A stretch of DNA of 64,000 nt from an uncultured Paenibacillaceae bacterium (GTDB lineage Bacteria > Bacillota > Clostridia > Lachnospirales > Lachnospiraceae): the NCBI GenBank assembly GCA_963523055.1, contig CAURBV010000021.1:8556-72555 (forward strand). Direction: 5' to 3'. Position numbers and translations under genes: made by a program. The notes beneath the pieces are model-generated. The model made no database searches. It was given only the letters and a program-made list of their open reading frames with translations, and had not been told where the DNA came from. Each line of letters starts with the position of its first letter. The first letter of the stretch is position 1. Positions 1 through 10,372 of the stretch are shown here, piece after piece.

Positions 1-3000
1 GACAATGTTGATGGGGGGATCATTGCGGGGAAAGATTTTCAGGTAAATGGTTCCTTTCGCGTACCAGTCGTGGGGGATGGCCTTTCATCTGATGAATGCG
101 TTGTAACAGGTGATGAAGCGGTATTTAATTTAGATACGAATATTAATATCATAGTTCCGGCTTCAAAGCAGCTGTATCTGACCTACCAGGGAGAGCAGGT
201 AGGAACACTTTATTTTGAAAGCGGCAGAATTAGAATTGTGTTTGACGGGGAGGTCCTGAACGAAGATGGGGTAGGAAATGTGGTCTGTAAATTTGCAGCG
301 ACCATGAAATATACAGGCACGGATGTGGAAGAAGGAAGTCCTAATGATAAAGTCTTTATTATAGATAAGGAATATACCGTCAAGGCTCCGGAGATTCCGG
401 TTACACAGACCCAGGTAAAATCGGGCGAACTGTCTGCTGATAAGACGAAAATCAATTGGAAAGTAGTAGTAAATGCATCGAAAGGCAGTAATGGCGTTTC
501 TTTAAAGGATTATGCATTTCAGGATAATTTAGAAAGTGCAGGCACTTACATTCCGGATTCATTTAAAATTGGCGATAATAATATCAGCGATGAGAATGTG
601 TATGACCCTGCTGATAAAACACTTTCATATACGTTTGACACAGATGTCATTGGAGAACAGACCATTACTTTCACAACAGAGATTCCACCTGATACTCTGA
701 TCAAAGGTGGTACAATCAAAAACACTGCCCAGTTTGGAAAAGGCGGTACACTTGTAAATACCAATCAGGTTTCAATCCAGATTGCAAAAAAAACGCTCAT
801 TAATAAAACCGGTTCTGCTGGAGGCGGCATGTCGGGAGGTACATACGATCCAACTAACCGTACCATCACCTGGACGATTACCGTAAACCAGGACAAAATT
901 CCATTAGAAGATGTGACTGTAACAGATACGCTTCCCGGTAATCTGATTTGGAAGTCGGCAGAGTGGAGCTGGAACGATGATTCTGAAACGGACTCTGGAA
1001 TCCCATTACCCATAACCATCAGTACTGAGCCAGCGAATCATCAATACACCCTAAGTGGTACGATTACCAAAACAGTGAAATTGACCATTGAAAGTGAAGT
1101 TCCTGTAGAGAATTATGTAGGTACCACAACCTACTATAAAAATAGGGCAACTTTAACCTGGAATGGAATGCCTGGCGGGACGTGGTATGATGAGACAGGA
1201 AATATTGGCATTGGAATTGACGGAATCACAAAGCAGGCAGTTGGAACGCCTGATTATGTAAATCGCCAGATCCAATGGAAGGCAACCGTTGACTTAAAAA
1301 ATCAGACCGGATTCACCGATGTGAATCAGATTAAGGTGTACGATCTGCTGATTTATGGGGATTCTGTGGCGCTTGAGGATACCAATTTAAGTGCGATAAT
1401 AGGAACGGACTATAAAAAACTAAATGCAAAATTCGGACAAAGTTATGTTCCCGGCAGTTTTAACGGATCAGGTTCTTTAACAGAAGAGATACAGGAAGTG
1501 ACTGCTGGAGGAGTCGTTGTTGGTGAGTTACTGGCGGTCAGTGGATTCAATATAGATAAAGCCTATAGTTTTATGTTTAAAACCCAGGTATTGGATCCAG
1601 ATATCTTTGCTGCAAACAAAAGCAAAACCGTTTATAATACGGCATCTCTGTATTATGACGGAACATATTTAGATAATGGTGATGCTCAAACCACTTACAA
1701 CAGCAATATTTTAAGCAAGCAGGTACTGAAAGCTGGAACGAATATGGCTGGTACCAGTGCAAACGGTTTTAATCCGGAAGATAAAACGGCTGTTTTCCGC
1801 CTGAATATCAATTCGGAAGGTTATGACCTGACTGGAGCAAAGACGAAAAACGGAACGCTTGGAAATGTGACCGTAACGGATGTGCTGCCTGATAACTGGA
1901 CATTTGTTGATCTTTTATCCGATGCAAAATATCAGCTTTATGATGGGAGTAATAACCTGGTCATGGACACATCTGATATCTTAGAAGGTGATCCTGTAAT
2001 TTCTGGTAAGACAGCTGAATTTGTGTTTAAAAAGCTGAATAAGGCTTATTACATTCTGGTAAAAGCACAGCTCTCTGAGGAAGGGTATTTGAAATACATA
2101 GAAAGCGCTTATTCCAGCGGAAAATCTGATTCCTATCAGAACGCTACCAACACAGTCAGAATTACCGCAGATAGTGATGCCAGCTGGGTGGCTGAAAAGT
2201 CAGAGACAGTCCAGGTACCTACAGCATTTCTGGTAAAAACCGTGAACAGCGGCAAAAATCCGGTGGAGTGGACAATTAAATTTAATCCATATGACCTTCC
2301 GGCCTTTAAAAATGTAAAGATTACGGATCAGATTCCGGACGGGCTTGAGTTTTCATTGAAACAGAACGGTTCTCTTGATCTTACCACTTTTAAGGTCACA
2401 GAATATGACAGGCAGATAAACGGAGCATTTCCTTCCTCAGGAGGGAATGAACTGAATGAAGAGCAGCTTCAAAGTATGATTTCCTACGAGAAAGCTTCAC
2501 GTATTCTGACCTTTACTCCGGCAGAGGGAAAACTGTATCAAATCGTCTATGAGACCGAAGTGACCGGCAATATCAGTGCAAAACTGAAGAATCAGGTAAC
2601 GGTATCGGGCAGCGCCATTGATGGCACCGGCACCAACTCCTCTTATACAGTTCAGGATTCACATGCAAGTGCTACCCTGGAACGCAATGGTTATCTGGAT
2701 ATATCCAAGGTTAATGAGTTGAGCCAGAAGCTTTCCGGTGCCGTGTTCACGTTGTATTCAGATCGGGAACTCCAAAATCCTGTTTGTAACAGCTCTGTGC
2801 GTGCAGATGGTACACTGCGGATTGTTCCGATTCCTGCACCTCGAAATTTTGGGGACCCTGAATTTACTTATTATTTAAAGGAAACAACAGTTCCACCCGG
2901 TTATGAATCAGATAATATGGTTTATACTGTGACTGTCAGAAGGGGTTCTGATAGTAAAGCGGTCACTACAGTTTCTGGAAAAACGCCGGGAGCGATTCTC

Positions 3001-4443
3001 ACCGTTATGAATTACCCAATTAACAGTGTCACCAGACTGTCAATTGACAAGACAGTAAAAGGCAATGGGGCAAGTACCTCAGATGTGTTTGATTTCACCA
3101 TTGATTTCACTGGAGGAAGTGTTGACGGCATCTATAATTACATCGGTTCCGGAGGCAGGGAAAACGGCCAGCTGACAATCAGCGGCAACCGTGGGACGTT
3201 CCAGCTTAAGGACAAAGAAGGGATTTCCATAACTGGACTTCCGGACGGTGCTTCCTACCAGATTAGTGAAGCAGATTCCGGTAACGGATATGTGACTTCC
3301 AGCACAGGAGAATCCGGTTCCATCAAAGTCGGACAGACCATGACAGCTTCCTTTATCAATACAAAGTGGCTGCCCGGAAGTCTGACCATTAAAAAAACAG
3401 TTGCCGGTAATGCAGAGAAAAATATAAAGTTTGATTTCACTGTAACGTTTGCAAAACCGGATGGTACGCCGGATAACGGCGTGTACGAATATTCCGGGTC
3501 AGGTGAGAGCGGAATGATTAGCAGTGGCGGTCAGATATCCCTCGCCCATGGCCAAAGCATCACCATAACAGGGCTGCCAAAGGATACTGTTTACACAGTA
3601 ACTGAAAATAATGATTCCCAGAACGGCTATGTGATGAACTCCGATCATGAGACCGGCACGATAATCACAAATGAAAATCAGACTGCCTCCTTTGTGAACA
3701 CGAAATGGCTGCCTGGAAGCCTGACTGTCAGCAAAACGGTTGCAGGAAGCGGAGGCGATATAAAAAAGAAGTTTGATTTCACCGTGACTTTCACGGCAGA
3801 GGGTTCCTATCCCTACACAGGAAATGGCGTTAGTGGAGGGACAATTCAGAGCGGAGATAAAATTTCTCTTGCTGACGGGGAAAGCATCACTATCACAGGA
3901 CTACCGGACGGCACGAAATATCAGGTGACAGAAGCTGATTATAGGTTGCAAAGGTATACCGCCGCCTCCACAGGAGGAAGCGGAACAGTGGACACTCTTA
4001 CCACATCAGTGGCTGTGTTTACCAACACTTACATCAATGAATCCAAAAGCGGTGGCGGTGGAAGCAGTGGTGGAGGTCCAAAAGTATCCCCGCCGAAGCC
4101 CACGGATCCGGCACAATCAGAGGTAACAGTCGTCAATACGCCAAAAACCAGAGAAGAAATGACCCCTCAGGAGTTGTATGACATATACGGGGAGGTACCT
4201 CTCGGCTACATGGTTGGCCCGGACAATCATGTTTATACCCCTCAGCAGTTATACGAAATCTGGGGGCAGGTGCCGCTTGGCTATATGGCAGGCTCTGACG
4301 CACAGCAGCATCCTGGGAGATTGCCCAAAACCGATGATCGCAGATCTGTAAATAAGATTGCATTATGGCTGTTTACCATCTCAGCACTTTCAGGTATAGT
4401 AGTCATACGTATGAATTTAAAGAGAAAGCACGTTGCTGAATAA
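1..4443 (+). CDS. Large sortase-anchored surface adhesin (Cna/isopeptide Ig-like repeats), 5'-partial
   Basis: Frame is open from base 1. Repeated K...W.I.VN...V.D.LP...Y...N modules, a SpaA-like domain (LSGAVFTLY...YYLKETTVPPGY), three ~113-aa C-terminal repeats, then LPKTDD, a TM helix and a basic tail. Confidence 0.85.
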   Translation, partial: DNVDGGIIAGKDFQVNGSFRVPVVGDGLSSDECVVTGDEAVFNLDTNINIIVPASKQLYLTYQGEQVGTLYFESGRIRIVFDGEVLNEDGVGNVVCKFAATMKYTGTDVEEGSPNDKVFIIDKEYTVKAPEIPVTQTQVKSGELSADKTKINWKVVVNASKGSNGVSLKDYAFQDNLESAGTYIPDSFKIGDNNISDENVYDPADKTLSYTFDTDVIGEQTITFTTEIPPDTLIKGGTIKNTAQFGKGGTLVNTNQVSIQIAKKTLINKTGSAGGGMSGGTYDPTNRTITWTITVNQDKIPLEDVTVTDTLPGNLIWKSAEWSWNDDSETDSGIPLPITISTEPANHQYTLSGTITKTVKLTIESEVPVENYVGTTTYYKNRATLTWNGMPGGTWYDETGNIGIGIDGITKQAVGTPDYVNRQIQWKATVDLKNQTGFTDVNQIKVYDLLIYGDSVALEDTNLSAIIGTDYKKLNAKFGQSYVPGSFNGSGSLTEEIQEVTAGGVVVGELLAVSGFNIDKAYSFMFKTQVLDPDIFAANKSKTVYNTASLYYDGTYLDNGDAQTTYNSNILSKQVLKAGTNMAGTSANGFNPEDKTAVFRLNINSEGYDLTGAKTKNGTLGNVTVTDVLPDNWTFVDLLSDAKYQLYDGSNNLVMDTSDILEGDPVISGKTAEFVFKKLNKAYYILVKAQLSEEGYLKYIESAYSSGKSDSYQNATNTVRITADSDASWVAEKSETVQVPTAFLVKTVNSGKNPVEWTIKFNPYDLPAFKNVKITDQIPDGLEFSLKQNGSLDLTTFKVTEYDRQINGAFPSSGGNELNEEQLQSMISYEKASRILTFTPAEGKLYQIVYETEVTGNISAKLKNQVTVSGSAIDGTGTNSSYTVQDSHASATLERNGYLDISKVNELSQKLSGAVFTLYSDRELQNPVCNSSVRADGTLRIVPIPAPRNFGDPEFTYYLKETTVPPGYESDNMVYTVTVRRGSDSKAVTTVSGKTPGAILTVMNYPINSVTRLSIDKTVKGNGASTSDVFDFTIDFTGGSVDGIYNYIGSGGRENGQLTISGNRGTFQLKDKEGISITGLPDGASYQISEADSGNGYVTSSTGESGSIKVGQTMTASFINTKWLPGSLTIKKTVAGNAEKNIKFDFTVTFAKPDGTPDNGVYEYSGSGESGMISSGGQISLAHGQSITITGLPKDTVYTVTENNDSQNGYVMNSDHETGTIITNENQTASFVNTKWLPGSLTVSKTVAGSGGDIKKKFDFTVTFTAEGSYPYTGNGVSGGTIQSGDKISLADGESITITGLPDGTKYQVTEADYRLQRYTAASTGGSGTVDTLTTSVAVFTNTYINESKSGGGGSSGGGPKVSPPKPTDPAQSEVTVVNTPKTREEMTPQELYDIYGEVPLGYMVGPDNHVYTPQQLYEIWGQVPLGYMAGSDAQQHPGRLPKTDDRRSVNKIALWLFTISALSGIVVIRMNLKRKHVAE
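3028..4032 (+). repeat. Three intragenic ~339-nt domain repeats in the adhesin
   Basis: KWLPGSLT.KTVAG...FDFTVTF...ITITGLP recurs; KWLPG begins at 3364 and 3703. The first copy is more diverged. Confidence 0.8.
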
Positions 4444-4455
4444 ATTATGACAAAT

Positions 4456-4511
4456 GGGAGCTGTTGCTCCATAAGTGAGATATCATTTATGGAGCAGCGG
4501 CTTCCTTTTTT
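4456..4511 (+). terminator. Intrinsic terminator after the adhesin
   Basis: GGAGCTGTTGCTCCATAA / TTATGGAGCAGCGGCTTCC stem followed by a T-run. Confidence 0.85.
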
Positions 4512-4524
4512 ATTAAAATCCGCC

Positions 4525-4552
4525 TTGACATTTAAAAGGAGAGTGTTATAAT
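4525..4552 (+). promoter_or_regulatory. SigA promoter of the zinc operon
   Basis: TTGACA-16 nt-TATAAT with extended TGn. A weak Fur/Zur-box-like TGAAAATGATTTCTG follows. Confidence 0.8.
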
Positions 4553-4584
4553 ATGAAAATGATTTCTGATTTCGAAAATAGGGG

Positions 4585-4998
4585 ATGAATATGGCAGAAC
4601 GTGGAAGATACCGGACAAGGCAGCAGGAAATAATTGTCAGCTGCTTAAAAAAACAAAAAGAGATATTCTGTACCGTGGAAGAATTTATGGAAAGTCTGCG
4701 CAGAGATGGAATTCATGTAGGACAGACTACTGTATACCGGGCCCTGGAGCGTTTGTGTGAGGATGGCGTGGTTGTAAAGATTCCATCCGTTGACGGATCC
4801 AAGGCTCAGTTTCGATATATTGGTGAGGAGATAAACCGGAATGTGGGGAAGCTGGTCTGCTTAAAATGCGGATCCATGATTCCCTTAGAATGTTCCAGGC
4901 TGGATGAATTCTACCACCACATCCATGATGATCATGGATTTAAGCTTGATCAAAAGCACATGGTGCTTTACGGCTATTGCAGCAGCTGTCAGCAGTAA
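4585..4998 (+). CDS. Fur-family regulator, probably Zur
   Basis: TTVYRALERL helix, CLKC and CSSC zinc motifs; heads a Znu operon. Confidence 0.85.
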   Translation: MNMAERGRYRTRQQEIIVSCLKKQKEIFCTVEEFMESLRRDGIHVGQTTVYRALERLCEDGVVVKIPSVDGSKAQFRYIGEEINRNVGKLVCLKCGSMIPLECSRLDEFYHHIHDDHGFKLDQKHMVLYGYCSSCQQ

Positions 4999-5024
4999 GT
5001 GACAGATAAAAGAAAGGATTTATT

Positions 5025-5336
5025 ATGAAAGGCAGATTAAATCCCAGACAATGGGCAGCCCTTTTGACAGCTTTGATTCTCACTGTGGTTTTTCTGGGTT
5101 CATCGATATTTGTATTCACTCATCTTTCCCATAACTGCACAGGCAGACATTGCAGAGTCTGTCAGGAGATAGAAGTATGTATTTCGGCGCTCAGTGTAAT
5201 TTTTGAAGCGATTGGAACAGCTGCAGTAATCGCTGTTTCCTTACCAATTATAAAGTATTCCATGCTTCCTTATCTGGCAGGGCTGTTTCTCAGTCCGGTT
5301 TCTCTTGTAGATTTAAAGATCCGTATGAATAATTGA
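5025..5336 (+). CDS. Small membrane protein with HxxHxCxxxHCxxC motif (DUF2946-like layout, possible regulatory leader)
   Basis: RBS AGAAAGGA, TM helix, HLSHNCTGRHCRVC, second hydrophobic stretch, C-terminus SLVDLKIRMNN. Confidence 0.7.
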   Translation: MKGRLNPRQWAALLTALILTVVFLGSSIFVFTHLSHNCTGRHCRVCQEIEVCISALSVIFEAIGTAAVIAVSLPIIKYSMLPYLAGLFLSPVSLVDLKIRMNN

Positions 5337-5392
5337 ATCGGTTGATCCATACGGGAATTTAAAGGAAACAGAAAAATCGGAGGATTTTATTC

Positions 5393-6325
5393 ATGAATAA
5401 AGGAACGAAAGTAATTCTGTTAGCAGCGGCAGCTTCTGCATTGCTGTTATCAGGATGTGGTCAGAAGGAAGAAGTAAATGACAGCGGAAAGCTGAATGTA
5501 ATGGCAAGTTTTTATCCCATGTATGATTTTGCCGTTAAGATCGGCGGCGATAAAGTAGACGTTAAAAATATGGTGCCAGCAGGAACAGAGCCTCACGACT
5601 GGGAGCCGGCGACAAAGGATATTACCGGTCTGGAAAAAGCAGATGTATTTGTATATAGCGGAGCTGGAATTGAGCACTGGGTGGATGATGTGTTAAAGAG
5701 CCTTAAAAACAACAATCTGACTGTGACAGAGGCATCTTCCGGAATCTCTTTGCTGAAGGGGGAAGAACAGGAAGAGGCACAAAGTGAGGATCATGAGCAT
5801 GGAGAATTCGATCCTCATGTGTGGTTAAGCCCAGTGAATGCAAAGAAAGAGATGGAGAATATTAAGGATGCCTTTGTTAAGGCAGATCCAGCTAATGAAG
5901 CATATTATCAGGCTAATTTTGATACCTATGCCAGCAAATTTGATGAGCTGGACAAGAAATATAAAGATACATTGTCTCCGTTGCCCAATAAGTCGGTAGT
6001 CGTTGCCCATGAGGCATTTGGGTATCTTTGCAATGCCTATGGACTGACCCAGATGGGCATTGAGGGATTGACACCGGATTCTGAACCGGATCCGGCAAGA
6101 ATGGCAGAAGTGATAGACTTTGTAAAAGAAAATAAAGTAAAAACCATATTCTTTGAAGATCTGGTCAGCCCCAAAGTGGCGGAGACCATTGCAAAAGAAA
6201 CAGGCGCAAAAACAGAGGTGTTAAATCCTTTAGAAGGACTGACTGATGAGCAGTTAAAAAATGGGGATGATTATTTTTCTGTTATGGAGAAGAATCTGAC
6301 TGTTTTAAAAGAAGCGCTGGAATAA
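5393..6325 (+). CDS. znuA: Zinc ABC transporter substrate-binding lipoprotein
   Basis: Lipobox LSGC; EPHDWEP, His/Glu loop, DPHVWLSP, HEAFGYL. Confidence 0.92.
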   Translation: MNKGTKVILLAAAASALLLSGCGQKEEVNDSGKLNVMASFYPMYDFAVKIGGDKVDVKNMVPAGTEPHDWEPATKDITGLEKADVFVYSGAGIEHWVDDVLKSLKNNNLTVTEASSGISLLKGEEQEEAQSEDHEHGEFDPHVWLSPVNAKKEMENIKDAFVKADPANEAYYQANFDTYASKFDELDKKYKDTLSPLPNKSVVVAHEAFGYLCNAYGLTQMGIEGLTPDSEPDPARMAEVIDFVKENKVKTIFFEDLVSPKVAETIAKETGAKTEVLNPLEGLTDEQLKNGDDYFSVMEKNLTVLKEALE

Positions 6326-6344
6326 AAAGAACAGGAGTAAGAAT

Positions 6345-7052
6345 GTGAACGCGATTGAAATGAAAGGACTGACATTTTCCTACGGTGGAACAGGGGTTTT
6401 AAACGGAGTGGATTTAACCGTTCCCCAAGGCGGTTTTGCCGCCCTCACCGGTGATAACGGAGCTGGAAAAAGTACACTGATCCGAATCCTGTTAGGCGAG
6501 TTGTCTTTAACCGGAGAAGCAGGAAGTTTTAAACTGCTGGGAAAGGATATCCGCCAGTTTAGTGACTGGAAGGACGTGGGATACGTTCCCCAAAATGGAA
6601 TGGATACTTACAAGGACTTTCCGGCTTCTGTTGAGGAGATTATTCAGGCGAATTTATACAGCCAGATCGGGCTGTTTCGTTTTCCTGGAAAAAAAGAGAA
6701 GGAAAAAGTGACGGAAGCTCTTTGTGAGGTGGGAATGGAACCATACAGAAAACGCCTGATCGGGAAGCTGTCAGGCGGTCAGCAGCAACGGGTATTGCTG
6801 GCAAGAGCCCTGGTTAACAAGCCACGTCTATTAATTCTTGACGAGCCCACCACCGGTGTGGATGAAAAGAATACGGAAGAATTTTACCGGCTGATCCAAA
6901 ACTTCAATCGCAATGATCACATGACTGTTTTTATGGTAACACACGACAGGAAGCGGCTGGCCGGACTGGCAGATACTATCTTTCGGCTGGAAAACGGCGT
7001 GATGCGACAAATAACAATCCCGGGGGAGGCTGACTGTGATGGAGATATTTAA
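6345..7052 (+). CDS. znuC: Zinc ABC transporter ATPase
   Basis: GDNGAGKST, LSGGQQQR, LILDEP. Confidence 0.9.
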   Translation: MNAIEMKGLTFSYGGTGVLNGVDLTVPQGGFAALTGDNGAGKSTLIRILLGELSLTGEAGSFKLLGKDIRQFSDWKDVGYVPQNGMDTYKDFPASVEEIIQANLYSQIGLFRFPGKKEKEKVTEALCEVGMEPYRKRLIGKLSGGQQQRVLLARALVNKPRLLILDEPTTGVDEKNTEEFYRLIQNFNRNDHMTVFMVTHDRKRLAGLADTIFRLENGVMRQITIPGEADCDGDI

Positions 7053-7845
7053 TTATGCCTTTATGCAGAAGGCCTTTGTAGTGGGAATCCTGCTTGCCAT
7101 GGTGATTCCCTGTATCGGTGTGGTAATTGTATTAAAAAGGCTTTCCATGATCGGAGATGCCCTTTCCCATACTTCTCTGGCAGGAGTTGCTTTCGGCCTC
7201 ATTATAGGTATTAATCCGGTTGCCGGAGCAGTTGCTGCCTGTATTATGGCCGCTCTTGGAATCGAGGCAATACGAAGAAAACTGCCCCGCTATTCCGAAA
7301 TGTCCATTGCCATTATTATGTCTGCCGGAATCGGTCTGGCAGGTGTACTGTCTGGTTTTGTGAAGAATTCTGCCAATTTTAACAGTTTTCTCTTTGGCAG
7401 TATTGTGGCAATCAGCGACATGGAGATGTTTCTGGTTATCGGAGTATCGCTAACGGTGCTTTTGCTGTTTGTACTTCTTTATAAAGAACTGTTTTACATT
7501 GCTCTTGATGAGAGGAGTGCAAGACTTGCCGGCGTTCCTGTCAAAATAGTGAATTTTATATTTACCGTATTGACGGCAGTTACGGTCTCCATTGCGGCAA
7601 GAACCGTAGGAGCCTTAATTGTTTCGTCCATGATGGTGATTCCGACCGCCTGTTCCATGCAGTTTTCCAAAAATTACAGGCAGACGGTTCTTTATGCCAT
7701 TGGTTTTGATGTGGCATTTATGATAATTGGTCTTTTTGCTGCCTATTATCTGGGATTAAAGCCGGGAGGAACCATTGTTTTAGTGGGTGTGGTTTTCCTT
7801 CTGTTCATATTTATTGGAAAAAAGCTGCTTGGAGTGAAAGGTTAG
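7036..7845 (+). CDS. znuB: Zinc ABC transporter permease
   Basis: DALSHTSLAG, FLFGSI, multiple TM helices. Confidence 0.9.
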   Translation: MMEIFNYAFMQKAFVVGILLAMVIPCIGVVIVLKRLSMIGDALSHTSLAGVAFGLIIGINPVAGAVAACIMAALGIEAIRRKLPRYSEMSIAIIMSAGIGLAGVLSGFVKNSANFNSFLFGSIVAISDMEMFLVIGVSLTVLLLFVLLYKELFYIALDERSARLAGVPVKIVNFIFTVLTAVTVSIAARTVGALIVSSMMVIPTACSMQFSKNYRQTVLYAIGFDVAFMIIGLFAAYYLGLKPGGTIVLVGVVFLLFIFIGKKLLGVKG

Positions 7846-7866
7846 GTCACGATAAGGAGTAGATCA

Positions 7867-8829
7867 ATGACAGACTTATATATCATATCCGGATTTCTTG
7901 GGGCAGGCAAGACCACACTTATACAGACTATGGTCCCTGCCGTTTTTGAAAACCGGAAGGTTGTGGTGATAGAAAATGATTTCGGTGATGCCGGAATTGA
8001 TGAAGAACTTTTAAAAGGTGACAGTTTAACTGTGACCAGTTTAAACTCGGGGTGTATCTGCTGCAGTCTGACCGGAGATTTTAACAGATCCCTGGAACAG
8101 ATTGTAAAGGAGTATGCACCGGATGTGATTTTAGTGGAGCCTTCTGGAGCAGGGAGACTTTCTGATATTATTAAGGCCTGTATGAACCAAAAAGATCTGG
8201 TGAAAATCTGCCGTTGCATTACTGTGGTGGATGTGATGAATTTTGATAAATACAGGGAAAACTTTGGAGAAGTATTTATCAATCAGATTCAATTCGGTGA
8301 CTTAATTCTATTAAGCCATTTAAGCGGGGAAACAGGAGAGATCCGGGATACCATGGAAAAAATCCGGAAACTGAATCCTGAGGCCAGAATAGAAGCGGAT
8401 TTTTGGGATGGGATTCCTGCAGATGTATTTCGTCAGGGAGACAGGGTATCTCTTACTGAGTCTTTGATGGAAGAACTGAAAACCCCCGTAACCCTTAACC
8501 GGAAGATCCGTTCCGGCGGCAAGGGAGAATGCGCGGTGCGGCCTTTGTTTCGTTTTACCAGAGAGATCTTTTTATCCGTAAGTTTTGATTGTGACGAAGT
8601 CCTTACAGAGGCGGAACTGAAGGAGAAAATAAACAGAGTGACCAGTCAGGCTGATGGAATGATTCTTAGAGGAAAAGGGATCGTGAAAGGTCCCGCGGGA
8701 AGCATTTCTTTTCATTACATACCTGGAATACTTAAGATACAAAGCTTTCGGGGAGAAGGAAACAGTGTGTGTTTTATTGGGACGGGAATAAAGGAAGATC
8801 AGATTATATCATTGTTTAAAGGAGAATGA
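7867..8829 (+). CDS. CobW/COG0523-family metallochaperone GTPase
   Basis: GFLGAGKTT, ENDFG, GCICC, VEPSG, LRGKG in the C-terminal domain. Confidence 0.9.
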   Translation: MTDLYIISGFLGAGKTTLIQTMVPAVFENRKVVVIENDFGDAGIDEELLKGDSLTVTSLNSGCICCSLTGDFNRSLEQIVKEYAPDVILVEPSGAGRLSDIIKACMNQKDLVKICRCITVVDVMNFDKYRENFGEVFINQIQFGDLILLSHLSGETGEIRDTMEKIRKLNPEARIEADFWDGIPADVFRQGDRVSLTESLMEELKTPVTLNRKIRSGGKGECAVRPLFRFTREIFLSVSFDCDEVLTEAELKEKINRVTSQADGMILRGKGIVKGPAGSISFHYIPGILKIQSFRGEGNSVCFIGTGIKEDQIISLFKGE

Positions 8830-8833
8830 CACC

Positions 8834-10372
8834 ATGGTAACACCTGCGTGGGTAGTCACAGGATTTCTTGATTCCGGGAAAACAACGCTGATAAACCGGT
8901 TAATCCGGGAAGAGCTTTCTGAACAGGAAGTCCTGGTGATTCAATTTGAGCGGGGAGACACACCCCTTGCCGAAGGGGAAGGAGTGCGCTCCCTTTATTA
9001 TTCTAAGGCGGAAATAGAGGAATCACCATATGCTGTGGCTGATTCCATTTGTGAAGAGATCCAGAAGGATCCGGCAGAGTTAATCTTAATTGAGTGGAAT
9101 GGGATGGAGCATTTTCATCGATTTGAGGAGATGTTTCTTCAGTTTCACTTAAAGTCGGTCATCCATGTGGAAAAGGTTATTTATGTAGGAGATGAAAAAG
9201 AGCTGAAGCACAAAATTGCAGATTCCGGATTGATTTCCATGTCCCAGATTGCTGCAGGAAATCTGGCGTATTTAAGGGAGGAGAATGCAGAACTAAGTGC
9301 ACGGGAGCTTTTTCAGATTAATCCTGACATTCATGTATTTACAGAAGGAAAATGGGATCGTTTTAAGAAAAAAATGTTTCAGTATGAGGTAAAATCCCAG
9401 ATATGGCTGCTATTGGCCGCTGCTGCAGCCATTTTTTATCTGACAGCCAGTTCATTTTTAGGATCATTTATTACTTTGTTTCTGGGAGTATTTTTACAGG
9501 CGCTGCCCTTTCTTGTGATTGGGGTTTTACTTTCCTCTGCCATACAGGTCTATGTATCTGCGGACTGGATACGGAGTAAATTTCCAAAGAATGTGGTTTT
9601 AGGGCAGCTTTTTGCTATTGTGGCAGGTTTCTTCCTTCCTGTTTGCGACTGTGCCTCCATACCAGTGTTTAAAGGTCTGGTAAAAAAAGGAGTTCCGCTC
9701 TCAGCTTCAGTAACCTTTATGCTGGTTTCCCCTGTGATAAATCCGGTTGTGATTTTATCTACCTGGTATGCATTTAATGGAAACTTAAAGATTATTGCGG
9801 CCAGGTGCGGTCTGGGAATCTTATGTGCCGTGCTGACTGGTCTGACTTATCTGGTACATCCGCCTGAAACGGTTCTGTTAACGGATCCGGTAATGCAGGG
9901 AGGAGAAACCTACGGAGATTATGAGATAAAGGCACTGAAAGACACCAGGATGTCACGGTTTTATCAGATGATGGGTCATGCCCAGAATGAATTTTTCAAA
10001 GTTGGTACATATCTGCTTACTGGTATTTTTGTATCTACAGTACTGCAGGAAGTCTGGCCTTCCATGACCCGCTCCGGAGCAGGAATTCCCATCTTAGCTT
10101 CCGTGGCATTTATGATGGCTATGGCATTTATACTGTCCTTGTGCTCATCCTCCGATGCAGTTGTGGCAAGAACCATGGCAGGTGTATTCCCGGCAGGGGC
10201 ACTGATGGGATTTTTAGTGTTTGGCCCCATGATTGATTTGAAAAACGGAGCCATGCTACTTGGCGGATTTGAAAAGAAGTTTATTGTCCGCCTTTTTGTT
10301 ACAACATTCCTGATCTGCTTTGGTGCAGTCGGTGTGTTTGCATTGCTTGGAAGCGGAGGGATCCGCATATGA
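8834..10372 (+). CDS. Fusion of a degenerate CobW-like P-loop domain and a DUF318/YcgR-type permease
   Basis: N-terminal GFLDSGKTT...IEWNG; C-terminal multi-TM region with LPVCDCASIP, SPVINP, SLCSSSDA, FGPMID. Confidence 0.8.
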   Translation: MVTPAWVVTGFLDSGKTTLINRLIREELSEQEVLVIQFERGDTPLAEGEGVRSLYYSKAEIEESPYAVADSICEEIQKDPAELILIEWNGMEHFHRFEEMFLQFHLKSVIHVEKVIYVGDEKELKHKIADSGLISMSQIAAGNLAYLREENAELSARELFQINPDIHVFTEGKWDRFKKKMFQYEVKSQIWLLLAAAAAIFYLTASSFLGSFITLFLGVFLQALPFLVIGVLLSSAIQVYVSADWIRSKFPKNVVLGQLFAIVAGFFLPVCDCASIPVFKGLVKKGVPLSASVTFMLVSPVINPVVILSTWYAFNGNLKIIAARCGLGILCAVLTGLTYLVHPPETVLLTDPVMQGGETYGDYEIKALKDTRMSRFYQMMGHAQNEFFKVGTYLLTGIFVSTVLQEVWPSMTRSGAGIPILASVAFMMAMAFILSLCSSSDAVVARTMAGVFPAGALMGFLVFGPMIDLKNGAMLLGGFEKKFIVRLFVTTFLICFGAVGVFALLGSGGIRI

